Part shown: one piece after another, positions 1 through 10,570 of the stretch | How the letters are laid out: each line of letters begins with the position of its first letter | How positions within the stretch are numbered: position 1 is the stretch's first letter | DNA from: Harriotta raleighana | Taxonomy: Eukaryota | DNA length: 64,000 nucleotides | Direction of reading: 5' to 3' | Assembly: GCA_050575255.1 (NCBI GenBank) | Contig: JBNZDD010013686.1 | Location: 2,103,742 to 2,167,741, forward strand | The notes under the pieces: model-generated | Told to the model about the DNA's origin: nothing | The model's input: only the letters and a program-made list of their open reading frames with translations | Databases searched by the model: none | Translations under genes and position numbers: made by a program

Positions 1-485
1 TAGATTTACTAGGATGGTGCCAGGATTGAGGGACTTCACCTATGAGGAAAGGCTAGATAGGCTAGGGTTATTCTCTCTAGAACAGAGAAGATTGAGGGGA
101 GACCTAATAGAGGTTTATAAGATCATGAGGGGTTTCGACAGGGCAAATAGAGAAAAACTATTTCCACTCGTGGGCGAATCTGTGACTCATGGTCACAGAT
201 TTAAAATAGTTTCAAAGCGAAGTAGAGGGGAGCTGAGGAGAAATTTTTTCACTCAGCGAGTTGTTCGAATCTGGAATGCATTGCCTGAAAAGGTGGTGGA
301 GGCTGATTCAATAACAACTTTTAAAAGGGAATTAGATCTTTATTTAGGGAGAACAGGTCTATTAGGCTATGGGGAGCGAGCAGGGCAGTGGGATTAAATC
401 GCTCTTTTCAAAGAGCCGGCACAGACTAGATGGGCCGAATGGCCTCCTTTTGTGCCGTAAACTTCTATGAATCTATGAATCTATA
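1..485 (+). mobile_element. CR1 LINE 3' end (ORF2 C-terminus plus 3' UTR)
   Basis: ORF 14..397 (YEERLDRLGLFSLEQRRLRGDLIEVYKIM...FFTQRVVRIWNALP) is the canonical CR1 ORF2 C-terminus. It is followed by GGGCCGAATGGCCTCC and a (TCTATGAA)n tail. Confidence 0.95.
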
Positions 486-1120
486 ATGTTAATGGTAGAA
501 CAACCAACCACCAATTAAGCACACCAACAATTTTGCCAGTAAGGCATACTAATTTTTACTTCAGATCTTTAGTACTTTTCCAACTTGTACAGGAATACAT
601 CAGTATTTTGAAACTCAAATGTGTGGAAATAGTGAATGATACCGAGTGGGTGGTGTGTTTGTCTTCCAACATTAGCACCAATAGGCTTGCAAATACACTG
701 ACCCAGAACACTTTTAATTCTGAACATTTCTCTGCTGTGAAGTACAGTCAACAGAAAACACATCCAATCTGAGTAACTGTTGATGGAAAATCAACTTCAT
801 TCACCCTGTGCAAAACTGCAACTTTAAACTGAGAATGGTAACGACTGAAAAACAAAAACAAATGCAGCATTCTCTGGTTTATTTGGAGTGCGACATTTTA
901 CAGTAACGTTGTCATCACTTTAAAAAAAAAGTGCTGTCTTTTCTCTACTCATTTTTTAAAAATACAAAATTATTCTACTGCCAATGAGTTACAAATCTTG
1001 TAGATAAACTTCTCACATTAACAAATCAACATGCTAAATGTATAAATAAACTGTGGGCGGTAGGACACAGGTCATTATTTATTTAATATAGATAGATAAG
1101 TATATTATCTATCTAGTATT

Positions 1121-1452
1121 TGGAGCTCCTGTGGCTTAGTGGTTAGAGCACTTGTCTTATAAGCATGAGACCTGTGTTCGAATCCCGGCAGATCAGGGCG
1201 AAACCTTGGGCAAGTTTCCTTACTCCACATGCCTAATAATAATCCCTCCAAAAATACAACAATAATAAAATTGGTCATTTCAATCCATGACTGTTTGTGG
1301 GACGCTGCTGTGCGCAATTGGCTGCCGCATTGTGCCCAGAAATATACAGTCAATTCACTTTACAGTATATTCTGTGAAGCGCTTTGGGACGTCGATAAGA
1401 TGTGAAAAGCGCTATACCAAATACAAGGATTATTATTATTATTATTATTAAT
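1121..1452 (+). mobile_element. Full-length young tRNA-derived SINE with partial Deu domain and L2-type tail
   Basis: A-box TGGCTTAGTGGTTAGAGCA, B-box GTTCGAATCC, Deu-like segment TGTTTGTGGGACGCTGCTGTGCGCAATTGGCTGCC, and an (ATT)n tail. Many near-identical copies occur in the window. Confidence 0.9.
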
Positions 1453-1471
1453 AAAAAAATCAGCTGATGGA

Positions 1472-2866
1472 TCATTCTTTGATCAGAGTGCTGGTGGGTA
1501 ACAAATACAGTTCTTTCTCAGAACTGCAATTTGTTGAGAGCGTTTCTTTGCGGCAGCCTTTGGAAGGGCGCGACTTCACATTGTCAGTGCTGGTTAAGGC
1601 ACAACAGGTGGCCCCTTCCTCCCAAGACTTTAGGGGACACATGCGAGAACTTGCTGTCGAGAAATGCGAGTGTAAGACTCTGCCGTCTGTCACCGTGTAA
1701 TAACTGTCCAGCACCGAATTCCTGGGCTGCCTCTGTGCGCAGCAGGAACCGCACAGCAGCAACAGAAACTCACGCCTGACGCTCCTGTGCATGTAGCCGT
1801 AAATATAAGGGTGGACGCAACACTGGAAGAAGAACAGGACCAGAGAGGAGGTGGTGATCCACAGGGGCGGGGGATTGGGGTTGCGGAGAGTCATGGTGCT
1901 CAGGATACTGTAAGGTCCCATACTCAGCATGTAAGAGGACATGATGACAAAGACTACACGGGCAGCTTTGCAGTGGTAATGGAAGCGGCGGGGGCGAGCT
2001 CTGAAACCCGAGCTGGAAACCGAGCCATTATTGGTCTCATCCGATGCCCTCAGCGTGTTTGCTGGATGGTGGTGGTGATGGTGGGGCTGGTGATGGTGAT
2101 GGGTCGGATGGACCAAAGCGTTCTGCCTGCGAGCAGCTCTGAACACCATCCAGTAACAGCCCAGCATGATGACCATGGGTAACCAGAAGGTCAGCAAGGC
2201 GGTGACCACCGTGTAAGAGTGACTGGCTGACCAGAACAAGCCACACAGGTGGTGGCGATTGTCGAACCCGATCTGTCCCCAACCGAACAGCGGCGGCGTG
2301 CTCTGGAGAACGCCCAAGAGCCAAGTCAATATGATCAGGTTACTGCCCCGGCGGGGGGTCATCCGGGTGGGGTAGGACAGGGGGTGGATGATGGCCAGGT
2401 ACCTGTCAATGGAGACCACCACGATGGTGTTGACACCGGCGAAGGCGAACAGATGCATGAGCACCACCAGCGCCTGGCACAGCCCGCTGCCCAGGAAGAG
2501 CGGCCAAGTGTCTCCGGGCGCCAGGCTCTCGGCCAGGACCAGGGGCATGACCAACACGGTCTGGAGCAGGTCGGCCAACAGCAGGTTGAACACGAAGCGG
2601 TTGGCCACGTGCAGCAGCTGGGGTTTGCGGTGAAAGACCATCAGCACCACGATGTTGCCGAAGAGAGACGTGCACACGATGGCGGAGATCAGGGTGATCT
2701 TGACCACACTGTTGGCCCATAAGATCTGGCTGGTGGTGGTGGTGGTTGTGTGGTCCTCATCTTGACTCCACCACTGCGTCGAGTTGCTGGTCTGGTTGTC
2801 CTCGTTGAGGTTGTTGTTGTTGTGGTGGTGATGGTAGTTGTTGTTGAGGACTGTGAACCCAGACAT
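1472..2866 (-). CDS. GPR101: G protein-coupled receptor 101 (orphan class A GPCR), intronless CDS, 464 aa
   Basis: Seven hydrophobic segments. GPR101-diagnostic stretches: GNIVV..VFHRKPQLLHVANRFVFNLL.ADLLQ, HLFAFAGVNTIVVVSIDRYLAIIHPLSYP, LQSTPPLFGWGQ, CKAARVVF, QCCVHPYIYGYMH (HPxxY in place of NPxxY, as in GPR101/GPR161). The ORF track start at 2926 is a GTG inside a (TG)n repeat; the first ATG (AAAATGT context) is at 2866. N-glycosylation sequons NQT and NST lie in the N-terminus. Confidence 0.93.
   Translation of the reverse strand: MSGFTVLNNNYHHHHNNNNLNEDNQTSNSTQWWSQDEDHTTTTTTSQILWANSVVKITLISAIVCTSLFGNIVVLMVFHRKPQLLHVANRFVFNLLLADLLQTVLVMPLVLAESLAPGDTWPLFLGSGLCQALVVLMHLFAFAGVNTIVVVSIDRYLAIIHPLSYPTRMTPRRGSNLIILTWLLGVLQSTPPLFGWGQIGFDNRHHLCGLFWSASHSYTVVTALLTFWLPMVIMLGCYWMVFRAARRQNALVHPTHHHHQPHHHHHHPANTLRASDETNNGSVSSSGFRARPRRFHYHCKAARVVFVIMSSYMLSMGPYSILSTMTLRNPNPPPLWITTSSLVLFFFQCCVHPYIYGYMHRSVRREFLLLLCGSCCAQRQPRNSVLDSYYTVTDGRVLHSHFSTASSRMCPLKSWEEGATCCALTSTDNVKSRPSKGCRKETLSTNCSSEKELYLLPTSTLIKE
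1700..2830. other. CpG/GC-rich island over the GPR101 CDS
   Basis: Visibly high GC and frequent CG dinucleotides against an AT-rich, CpG-poor background; not computed. Confidence 0.65.
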
Positions 2867-2895
2867 TTTGTGGTTTGTGTGTGTGTTGGGGATTA

Positions 2896-2958
2896 AAAAC
2901 ACACACAAACACACACACACACACACTCACTCACTCACCGATTGATTGATCCATTGAT

Positions 2959-2991
<33 letters not shown>

Positions 2992-2992
2992 G
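2896..2992. repeat. Compound microsatellite (CA)n-(CACT)n-(GATT)n upstream of the GPR101 start codon
   Basis: Directly visible 30-125 bp upstream of the ATG. Confidence 0.9.
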
Positions 2993-3380
2993 GATTCCCA
3001 CCGTCTCTCTCTAGGTGGTGGCCTCAATGGATAATGCAGTGTTATCTCTCTCACTCCCTGTACATCACATCCTTTCTTTATTGAATCCCTCAATAATAAT
3101 AATTATTATTATTATTACAATAATAATAGTAATCCCAAAGAGAGAGACCGAGAGAGAAAGACGCCTCTCTCTTGAGATTCTTGCTGAAAAAAAAATCACA
3201 AACAACCACCACCTCCTTTCCCCCCCCCCTCTCTCTCTTCACCAGACTGTTCTCATCGTTTATAATAAGAGTGATAAATCCTTTGCGATATCTCAGTTGC
3301 AGTCACTGACAGTACGATCTGGGTGGCTTAATAGCACTTGTCGATGTCATCTTTACTGGTCTCTCTGTAATCTCCATCCT

Positions 3381-3381
<1 letters not shown>

Positions 3382-3457
<76 letters not shown>

Positions 3458-3458
3458 N
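3382..3458. other. 76-nt poly-C run ending in an N (probable gap or sequencing artefact)
   Basis: Uninterrupted C run at 3382-3457 abutting the n at 3458. Confidence 0.75.
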
Positions 3459-4280
3459 GACCATTGTATTGATGTTGCTCTCACCATGATTCACCTAGGA
3501 TGAAAGAAAATACATTGACATGTAAACTCCCCCGTTGTACATCAAATGATAATGATACTCTGCTCGACAAAACGTGTAGCATTTAAGAAAATCACCTTCA
3601 TACTGTGTCTGTCTGTCTCTCTCTGTCTATCTCTCTCTGTCTATCGCTCTTGCCTTCCCCCCAACCCCACGATTCATCTGCAGCAGAAGATTTTTCCGGA
3701 CGAAGTGCAAGATAGTCTGTAGTTTTTGTTTTAAACACATTTTATTAAACCCCGACCACGCAAACAAACAAACAAACAAACACCCAGCACACAGACAGAG
3801 ACAGCAACAGTTATAATAACTCGATTAAAACAAAACATATACATATAAATCAATAACCTGAAGAGGCAACTTAAGTCGAAGTCGTCTCACTATCCAGCAT
3901 TTTTGCAATGCTCTTCTCCAGCCTTTATGCGAGTCGACAATTTAGAGGGTGAGTTTACATTTAAAGTAGTTGAAATGATTGGGGAGGGAATGGGTTGAGG
4001 GGGGGGGAAAGAAAACAATTTTAAAAACATACACACACACACACACACATTATTATTTACCTGCCAGCTACCGAGAGAAGCTCCTTCCCTCCCTCCCTCC
4101 CTTCAGCACATTCTTTGTTGCCAGCCAGCCAGCTCCTCAGCTGGAGATGGAGCTATATTCAGCGACCATTCTCCCCATTCAAGGGACCATTCAGCAGCCA
4201 GCAAGAGGAGGAGCACAAGGAACACTTAATAAAACTGCAGCTCATCTTCAATACTCCCAATAACACACCAATTATTCTCA

Positions 4281-4343
4281 TCACACACACACACACACAT
4301 ATATATAAATAGTATATATGTAAATATATTATATATATATATA
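4281..4343. repeat. (CA)n/(TA)n microsatellite
   Basis: Directly visible. Confidence 0.85.
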
Positions 4344-4429
4344 AAAAAATAATCCCTGCCCACTGTTATATTGAACAGGATCATTTGAGATGGTCTGATA
4401 GGAATATCACCAGATGTAATCAGTTTGAC

Positions 4430-5055
4430 ACATTGGACATTATGCCTCGATTCTGGTGATGGAGAATATTTTGGAGAGAAATAGGAGGGGATGGAGAGAG
4501 TCGGGAGGGCAGTGGAAGGCATGATCGAAGAGGAGGGTCTTGAGACTAGTCTGAAGGAGGCAAGGGAGGGAGAGAGGCGAAGGGACTGTGGGATGGAGTT
4601 CCAGAGTGTGGGGGCGGAGAGGCTGAAAGCCGGTCTACCGATGGTGGGAAGGTTCATAGGGGACAGCAGGTCGGAGAGATAGGAAGGGGCAAGGCCGTGA
4701 ATGGCCTTGAAAGTAAGGACGAGGATCTTGAATTTGATCCTCTGGGGGATGGGGAGCCAATGGAGCCGGGCGAAGGTGGCAGTGATGTGGTTGCGGAGCT
4801 TGGTGCGAGAGAGGACACGAGCTGAAGAGTTCTGGATGATCTGCAGCTTGTGAAAGTAAGAGCCAGAAAAGCTGACGAGGAGGGAGTCTCCATAGTTGAG
4901 CCTTGATGTGACGAATGCGTGGACAAGATTTTCGGCAGCCTGAGAGGTGAATCAGTGCCGGAGTCTGGCGATGTTATGGAGCTGGTGAAAGGCAGTAGCG
5001 GTCTTGGCGTGGATGTGAGGGAGGAAGGACAGTTCAGGGTCAGAGGCAAGTGAGG
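4430..5055 (-). mobile_element. L2 LINE fragment (ORF2 C-terminal region and 3' UTR)
   Basis: The minus strand encodes L2-type peptides: AENLVHAFVTSRLNY, LQIIQNSSARVL, LHWLPIPQRIKFKILVLTFKAIHGLAPSYLSDLL, RPAFSLSAPTLWNSIP. Confidence 0.9.
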
Positions 5056-5754
5056 GAAAATTCCACAAATCAAGAATGTTAAATGGTTTGTTTCATATCG
5101 CCTAATCTGTTTCATTGCAAGAATGCTATTCTTCAGTCCTCTCAAGTGTTTATGTAATAATTCGTGTTTTTTATCCTGATAATTTGATATTAGTGGCAAT
5201 AAACTGAGTAAACTAATCATCGATTAAAGAAGACCAGAAGCTTGGTGACTTATCAGGAGCAAATATTGGAGGGACCAATGAATGGGAAGGAATTCTTGCA
5301 GCATTGGGCAACAGTTGCTTGAATAAACTCCTTTTCTAAACAGTCCCACCACCCATCAAATGCTGATCAATTATAGGAAGAAGTAATACCTTAGAACATA
5401 ACATGGCTGACGTGTCTCCTTCCAAATCTCTGCCTCTTCCATGCTCACACCCACACACACTTCATCTCTGTGCCAGTAAAGACTGATGAATAGAGACGGA
5501 ATGCATTAATTTCTCATTGTCACCATCCATTACTCTTAGTTGCTTAATTTTTTTTGGTGTGATATGTCATTAGAAATTCTCAAAGTGTTGCTGATGATTC
5601 TTCAGATAACAGTTCCATTTGATGTTGCTCTGTATCATATCTCAACCTCTCAAAGCACTTCAGACAATGAGTTAATTTGTAGAGAAGTGACTGCTGATAT
5701 ACAGCCAAAGCCCACCAGCAATGTTTAACAGCAAAGAATTAAATCTATGAATTT

Positions 5755-5815
5755 AGCGCCTTGGGACATCCTCCCAACATGAAAGACGTTATACAAATGT
5801 AATTTTGTTGTTTTT
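5755..5815 (+). mobile_element. Isolated L2 3' tail
   Basis: GCGCCTTGGGACATCCTCCCAACATGAAAGACGTTATACAAATGTAATTTTGTTG matches the tails of the longer L2 copies. Confidence 0.7.
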
Positions 5816-5884
5816 ATATGAATTTTGATGGGGGAGGAATATTAGTTCAGAATGTAATGCTCTCTGCTCCTTAAGTTGTCAATC

Positions 5885-5975
5885 TAGCTCAGTTGTTAGT
5901 CCTCTCATATCTGAATTGCAAGGTTGTAGCTTCCAGATTCATATTGAGTCTTTGAGCTCATAGAGTAGGCTAGTG
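5885..5975 (+). mobile_element. Old SacSINE1-like (DeuSINE) head fragment
   Basis: Resembles the 5' part of the 12082-12480 element (GCTCAGTTG...TCTGA...AAGGTTGT...TTTGAGCTCATA..TAGGCT). Confidence 0.5.
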
Positions 5976-6199
5976 GTGGCCAACCTATGGCCCAAAAGAA
6001 ATGTCAAGAAGTGGCTTGCTGAGCATTCGCACTAGTAATGGTGAGTCTGTTTTAAATCATCATTTTGTTTTTTATTGATTGAAGTTTTCTTGATTCATCC
6101 ACTAGTCTCTACTGCATGTGCATATGAATTAATATTGCTTCCAGCAATAAGTTGGAAGGAGGAGAAAGTCTGATGTACATTTTCTGTGCCTAATTGCAT

Positions 6200-6616
6200 T
6201 AATAATAATAATCCTTGCATTTGGTATAGTGCTTTCCATATCTTCAAGACGTCGTAAAGCGCTTCACAGTATATACAGTAATGTAAAGTGAATTGACTGT
6301 ATATTTGTGGGCAAACTCGTAGAATCATAGAATCTCACAGCACAAAAGGAGGCCATTCGGCCCATCGAGTCTGTGCCAGCTCTTTAAAAAGAGCAATTTA
6401 ATCCCACTCCCCATGCAGCTGCCAATTGCATACAGCAGTGTCCCACAAACAGTCATGGATTGAAATGACCAATTTCTTATTGTATTTTTCGAGGGATTAT
6501 TATTAGGCGTATGAAATAAGGAAATTTGCCCAAGTTTGCGCCCTGACCTGCCTGGAATTGAGCCCGGGTCTCTCGGTAGCAAGGCGAGTACTCGAACCAC
6601 GGAGCTACAGGACTCC
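6200..6616 (-). mobile_element. Full-length young tRNA/Deu SINE interrupted by a CR1 3' fragment
   Basis: Reverse complement of the 1121-1452 family, with ~95 bp of foreign sequence at about 6317-6412. Confidence 0.9.
6317..6412 (-). mobile_element. CR1 3' UTR/tail nested in a SINE
   Basis: TAGAATCATAGAATC...AAAAGGAGGCCATTCGGCCCATCGAGTCTGTGCC...AAAAAGAGCAATTTAATCCCACT is the reverse complement of the CR1 end at about 385-485. Confidence 0.85.
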
Positions 6617-7774
6617 AGGGGAGTTCTCCACATGTGCCACTGAATGCATTTGTATATGTTCCTATGAACATTTATCCCTATGCCCCAATGGTCATTGCCA
6701 ATTTTTGAATGTTATAAATGAGTTGGTTTTGTAACTGCCTCTTTAAGATTTTTATAAAATGATCTCTCGTTATGGGTGAAGCTTGAATTGATTCTCACTC
6801 TCTAAGTGATACATTACCCATCAATGTGCTTCTGAAACCACCTCCTCAACTTGATCTCAGCAGTCAAGCTCCAGCATGATTTGTTTTCAGGTGCTGAAAG
6901 ATGATTCTACTGTGCAATAACACCAGGAAAATCAGAGTATAAAACTGTCATTAAATTCCACGGTTTGCTTCTAATCACTGAGATTTTTTTCCATGTCTCT
7001 ATTCTACCCTTGCCATATGCCTGTGATTCTACTTCTGTATTAAATTGTTATTTCACACCTTTTGTTCTATTTCTCTCATGCTATATTAAATACAAGCAAC
7101 AACAACAACTTGAAACAAGAACTGTAGTATAATCTGCTGTCCCCTACATTTGTAAGTGACCCTTGTCCTCCACATCACTAAGGCCTCCTTTGCATCTTGA
7201 GATTTCCTTCATTATTTTCCATTCCTTTACTACTTTCCATTATGCCTTTGAAATACCCTTAATTTCCAATCTAGATCTTCATTGTGTCTGCTTAACAAAT
7301 CTTCCCACCCGTGCCTCTCAATGTTGCTGTGTGGTCCTCCCAATTTTCATGAGCTGGGAACTCCCCCACCTAACCAGCATTCGCTGATTCAGATTCGTAA
7401 ACAAAACTAGTCATTTGCAGAAAATTAATTGTTACTCAATGACAGCTACTGTGTTGCATTTTCTTTTAACTGTAATATTCCCACACAAGTGTAACTGAAA
7501 CTTCCATTGATGGCCTTGAAACCACTTTCCATGACCAAGTTCAGATGGAGTGCTGGACACAATTGCTTAAAAGGAGAATTGGGATGCAGAAAAACAAGTT
7601 AGCAATAAAGGGGGGTGAATAAAAAATAAAGTTTAAAAATACATGTTTAACAATTGGCATGGGGAGAGCACATACCATCCTAGAAAGAATCTCAACATGT
7701 TTAATTCTTCTGCAACACATCTGATTTATGCATAGTGATGTCTTATGTGAGTGGCAGGTAAACTATTTGTTAAA

Positions 7775-7955
7775 TCATCCTTACACTTGATGTAGCGCTA
7801 TTCACATCTTCTAGTTGTCTCAAAGCGCTTCACAGAATATACTGTAAAGTGAATTGACTATATTTCACTGCAGACAATTGCGCACAGCAGTGTCCCACAA
7901 AGATTCATGGATTGAAGTGTCAATTTTATTATTTTTTTCTTGAGGGTTTATTATG
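7775..7955 (-). mobile_element. Young SINE, 3' half
   Basis: AAAGCGCTTCACAGAATATACTGTAAAGTGAATTGACT...GCGCACAGCAGTGTCCCACAAA. Confidence 0.85.
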
Positions 7956-8146
7956 AATTATTATTGTGACAGAAGTTATATGTTATTGAACAAATAAACA
8001 GAATCTTCTCTGTACATTGAAATACCAAACTTAATTATTATTAACTTATCACCAAGTTTTCTGCCCTTTTGGTTAATACATAAAACTGCCTTGTTCTTCT
8101 GTTATTTTTTCAATGCACAATGATTCTAAAACTATACAGTTCACTA

Positions 8147-8160
8147 ATGCCATCTAGTGT
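8147..8160 (-). promoter_or_regulatory. CTCF-like motif, reverse orientation
   Basis: The minus strand reads ACACTAGATGGCAT, with two terminal mismatches to the consensus. Confidence 0.4.
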
Positions 8161-8234
8161 TATTAGCTAGGTTTTACTAGAATCTATTGATTCTTGAAGA
8201 ACGTTGTTCACATTCTGATCCAATTAGATTAATA

Positions 8235-8400
8235 TAATTATAACAAAAAAACCTTGCATTTGATATAGCACTTTTTCACATTTTCGAGATGTCTCAGAGC
8301 ACTTCATAGAATATACTGTAAAGTGAATTGACTGTATATTTTGTAAGCGAAATGGGGCTGCCAATTGTGTACAGCAGAGTCCCACAACCAGTCATGAATA
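8235..8400 (-). mobile_element. Young SINE, 3' half
   Basis: CCTTGCATTTGATATAGCA...GAATATACTGTAAAGTGAATTGACTG. Confidence 0.85.
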
Positions 8401-8960
8401 AGATTTAACTCATATATGTTGGTGCCTCTGTAACTTGTGCTGTTCAGATTCTATTGCAGTCCCAAATTAAGTTACCTTAGCAGTGTATATTGAAGCACAG
8501 TTACATTATCTGTTACCACTATAAATAGGAAATTTGAACTTTTGAGTTGCTGAGATATATCAGTGCAAGCTGGTGCTATCTGTGCCTTATACAGCTAATT
8601 TATAGCTTTCTTGTCATTATATGAGGAAAAAAAGCAGTCAACTTCTATCTAACTCTCCTTGGCTGTTGTTGCTGATGTTGTAAACAAAACCACTGCTGTG
8701 AATGTGGTAAGAATGAGAATTGTTTTCATTGAAAAGGCTTTGAGAAAGGGTAAAGAATGAAAAACATATGAAAATGAAATTTTAAAATGCTATTCTGCAT
8801 TATAAAATACACAGTGATACATAGACTAATCGACAAACAGATTGGGGGCATTTTAGCAGTGAGTTCATTGAAAATCTTACTGAGAATTGAGGTGTGGTTT
8901 TAGAAATCTCTTGATGGATGATTGATGGTGGTCAGTGTTTGAAGTTATTTAGGCATAGCA

Positions 8961-8974
8961 CTGCCACCTGCTGG
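8961..8974 (-). promoter_or_regulatory. CTCF core motif, full consensus match, reverse orientation
   Basis: The minus strand reads TGT-CCAGCAGGTGGCAG-TGC, matching CCASYAGRKGGCRS at all 14 positions. Confidence 0.6.
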
Positions 8975-10274
8975 ACACAGCATTCCTCCACACTTTGGTT
9001 CCTTATCTTGTACAACTCAATTCAAGAAAATGAAACATAAAGTCAGCCTATAATGTCATGTGAGGCAATATTTAAACAATAATAGTTTTACAGTTATGAC
9101 TAAGTGCCAAACATTTATTTTTACTCCGCCGTGCTGAAAGAGTATTTTATGATGTGAACAAGAACTGAACCAGGATGATTGATCAATTGTTTTCACTGTT
9201 ATCTGTTTTAAGTAGCAATAGAACATATCTCAGTAGATTGTATGATGCTAGTTCTGAGAGCTGTATAAACTATCTTACAGATATTAAGAAGATATTGTTT
9301 ATATGGTTTAGGAAGGAAAATTCATCCCTGTGTAGCTTATTTTCCAGATCTGGTTAGCTGAAATACAAATTTTGTTTACAGGTTATAAGTAGATCTGTTT
9401 CTCGCCCTATTTCTTTGCTGATTTATGATCATGTTGCAGCTTCCCTTGTGCCAAAGATGTATATAATTATTTTCTTATGAGTTACTTAGTGAAGTTGATA
9501 AATAAACCTAGAGATTTGGGCAAAGTAAAAGGTAATTTCAGTTTTTTTAAGAAAAGGAATCATTCTTTCACTGAGTGATAATGTTTGAAACATTTTTTCA
9601 GCAATGCTACAATTTAAAATCTAATTGACAAGAATGTGAAAAAAAAACAAATGCTTAGTATTCTCCCTAATTGTTTCTCTGATGTACTTAATTGTGAAAG
9701 CATGATTCAAATCGTATCTACCAGATTGAGTTAAATGCAGCCTTACTTAGTGGCTATTTAGGCATTCTTTCTGGGAAAACATCTTACAATTAGATAAGAC
9801 GCATAATTTGACTATTGCATCTTCTTGGCCGGGCTTCTCAAAGGACATTGTTGTTGTATCTAGTTCAATAACTATTGGATATCAACCAGAATAATTTGCA
9901 AGAAGAACACTGGGTTTCATCCTCAAAAGCTATTGGTATTTTTCAAAAGTTTTCATATTGTTCGCTAATTTAACGATCCTAAAATCCTTACATCAATGAA
10001 TTTGTGTCTATCCCTTTGTCATTTGCCTCTTGCTCTTTTCACTTGATTTGTAGAATATATTTTGTAGTAAGATGTGGGATATTCCGTCAGCCTCCTGGTG
10101 GGCCAGACAACAGCACTCTCCATTCATCAAATCATTGAAGAGATACGTTCAATCCAGATTGCCTGCTTAGAGGCAGCTCCTGAACAGTAGTTTTGTATTC
10201 GATTGCAAATCAACAAAGGATAAGTGATAAATCCCAATCCTAATATTTAGGATTATGTGACAATTGTAATAAGT

Positions 10275-10570
10275 GGAGTCCTATAGCTCAGTGGTTAGAG
10301 CACTCACCTCGCAAGTGAGAGACCTGGGTTTGATTCCCAGAAGAGCGAAACCCTGGGCAAGTTTCCACACTAAACACAACCGATAATAATTCCTCATGAA
10401 AAAAAATGGTCACATCAATCCACATCTGTTTTTGGGACACTGCTGTGCGCAATTGGCTGCTGTGATTCGCCCACAAATATACGGTCAATTCACTTTACAG
10501 TATATTCTGTGAAGCACTTTGAAACACCTGGAAGATGTGAAATGGGCTATATCAAATGCAAGGATGATTT
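10275..10570 (+). mobile_element. Full-length young tRNA/Deu SINE
   Basis: GGAGTCCTATAGCTCAGTGGTTAGAGCA head through to the CAAATGCAAGGAT tail. Confidence 0.9.

Noticed and set aside
1121-1195. tRNA-like sequences with A/B boxes (also near 6.6, 10.3, 14.6, 19.3 and 59.4 kb)
   Set aside because: Each is joined to the same SINE body and tail and their anticodon regions differ, so they are SINE heads rather than tRNA genes.
1467-2722. Plus-strand and alternative-frame ORFs overlapping GPR101 (e.g. 1787..2182, 2249..2722)
   Set aside because: Shadow ORFs from GC-rich codon usage; the two longest are in the codon-aligned antisense frame and have no recognisable domain.
2867-2926. N-terminal extension MCVCVCLCVF... 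in the ORF track
   Set aside because: It starts at a GTG inside a (TG)n microsatellite; the first ATG at 2866 gives a normal GPR101 N-terminus.
2933-2940. Consensus donor G|GTGAGT on the minus strand about 70 bp upstream of the ATG
   Set aside because: It is generated by the (TGAG)n microsatellite, and no AG acceptor lies between it and the ATG.
3015-3503. ORFs with poly-Pro, poly-Gly and poly-Ile
   Set aside because: These are translations of the poly-C run (next to an N) and the (AAT)n microsatellite.
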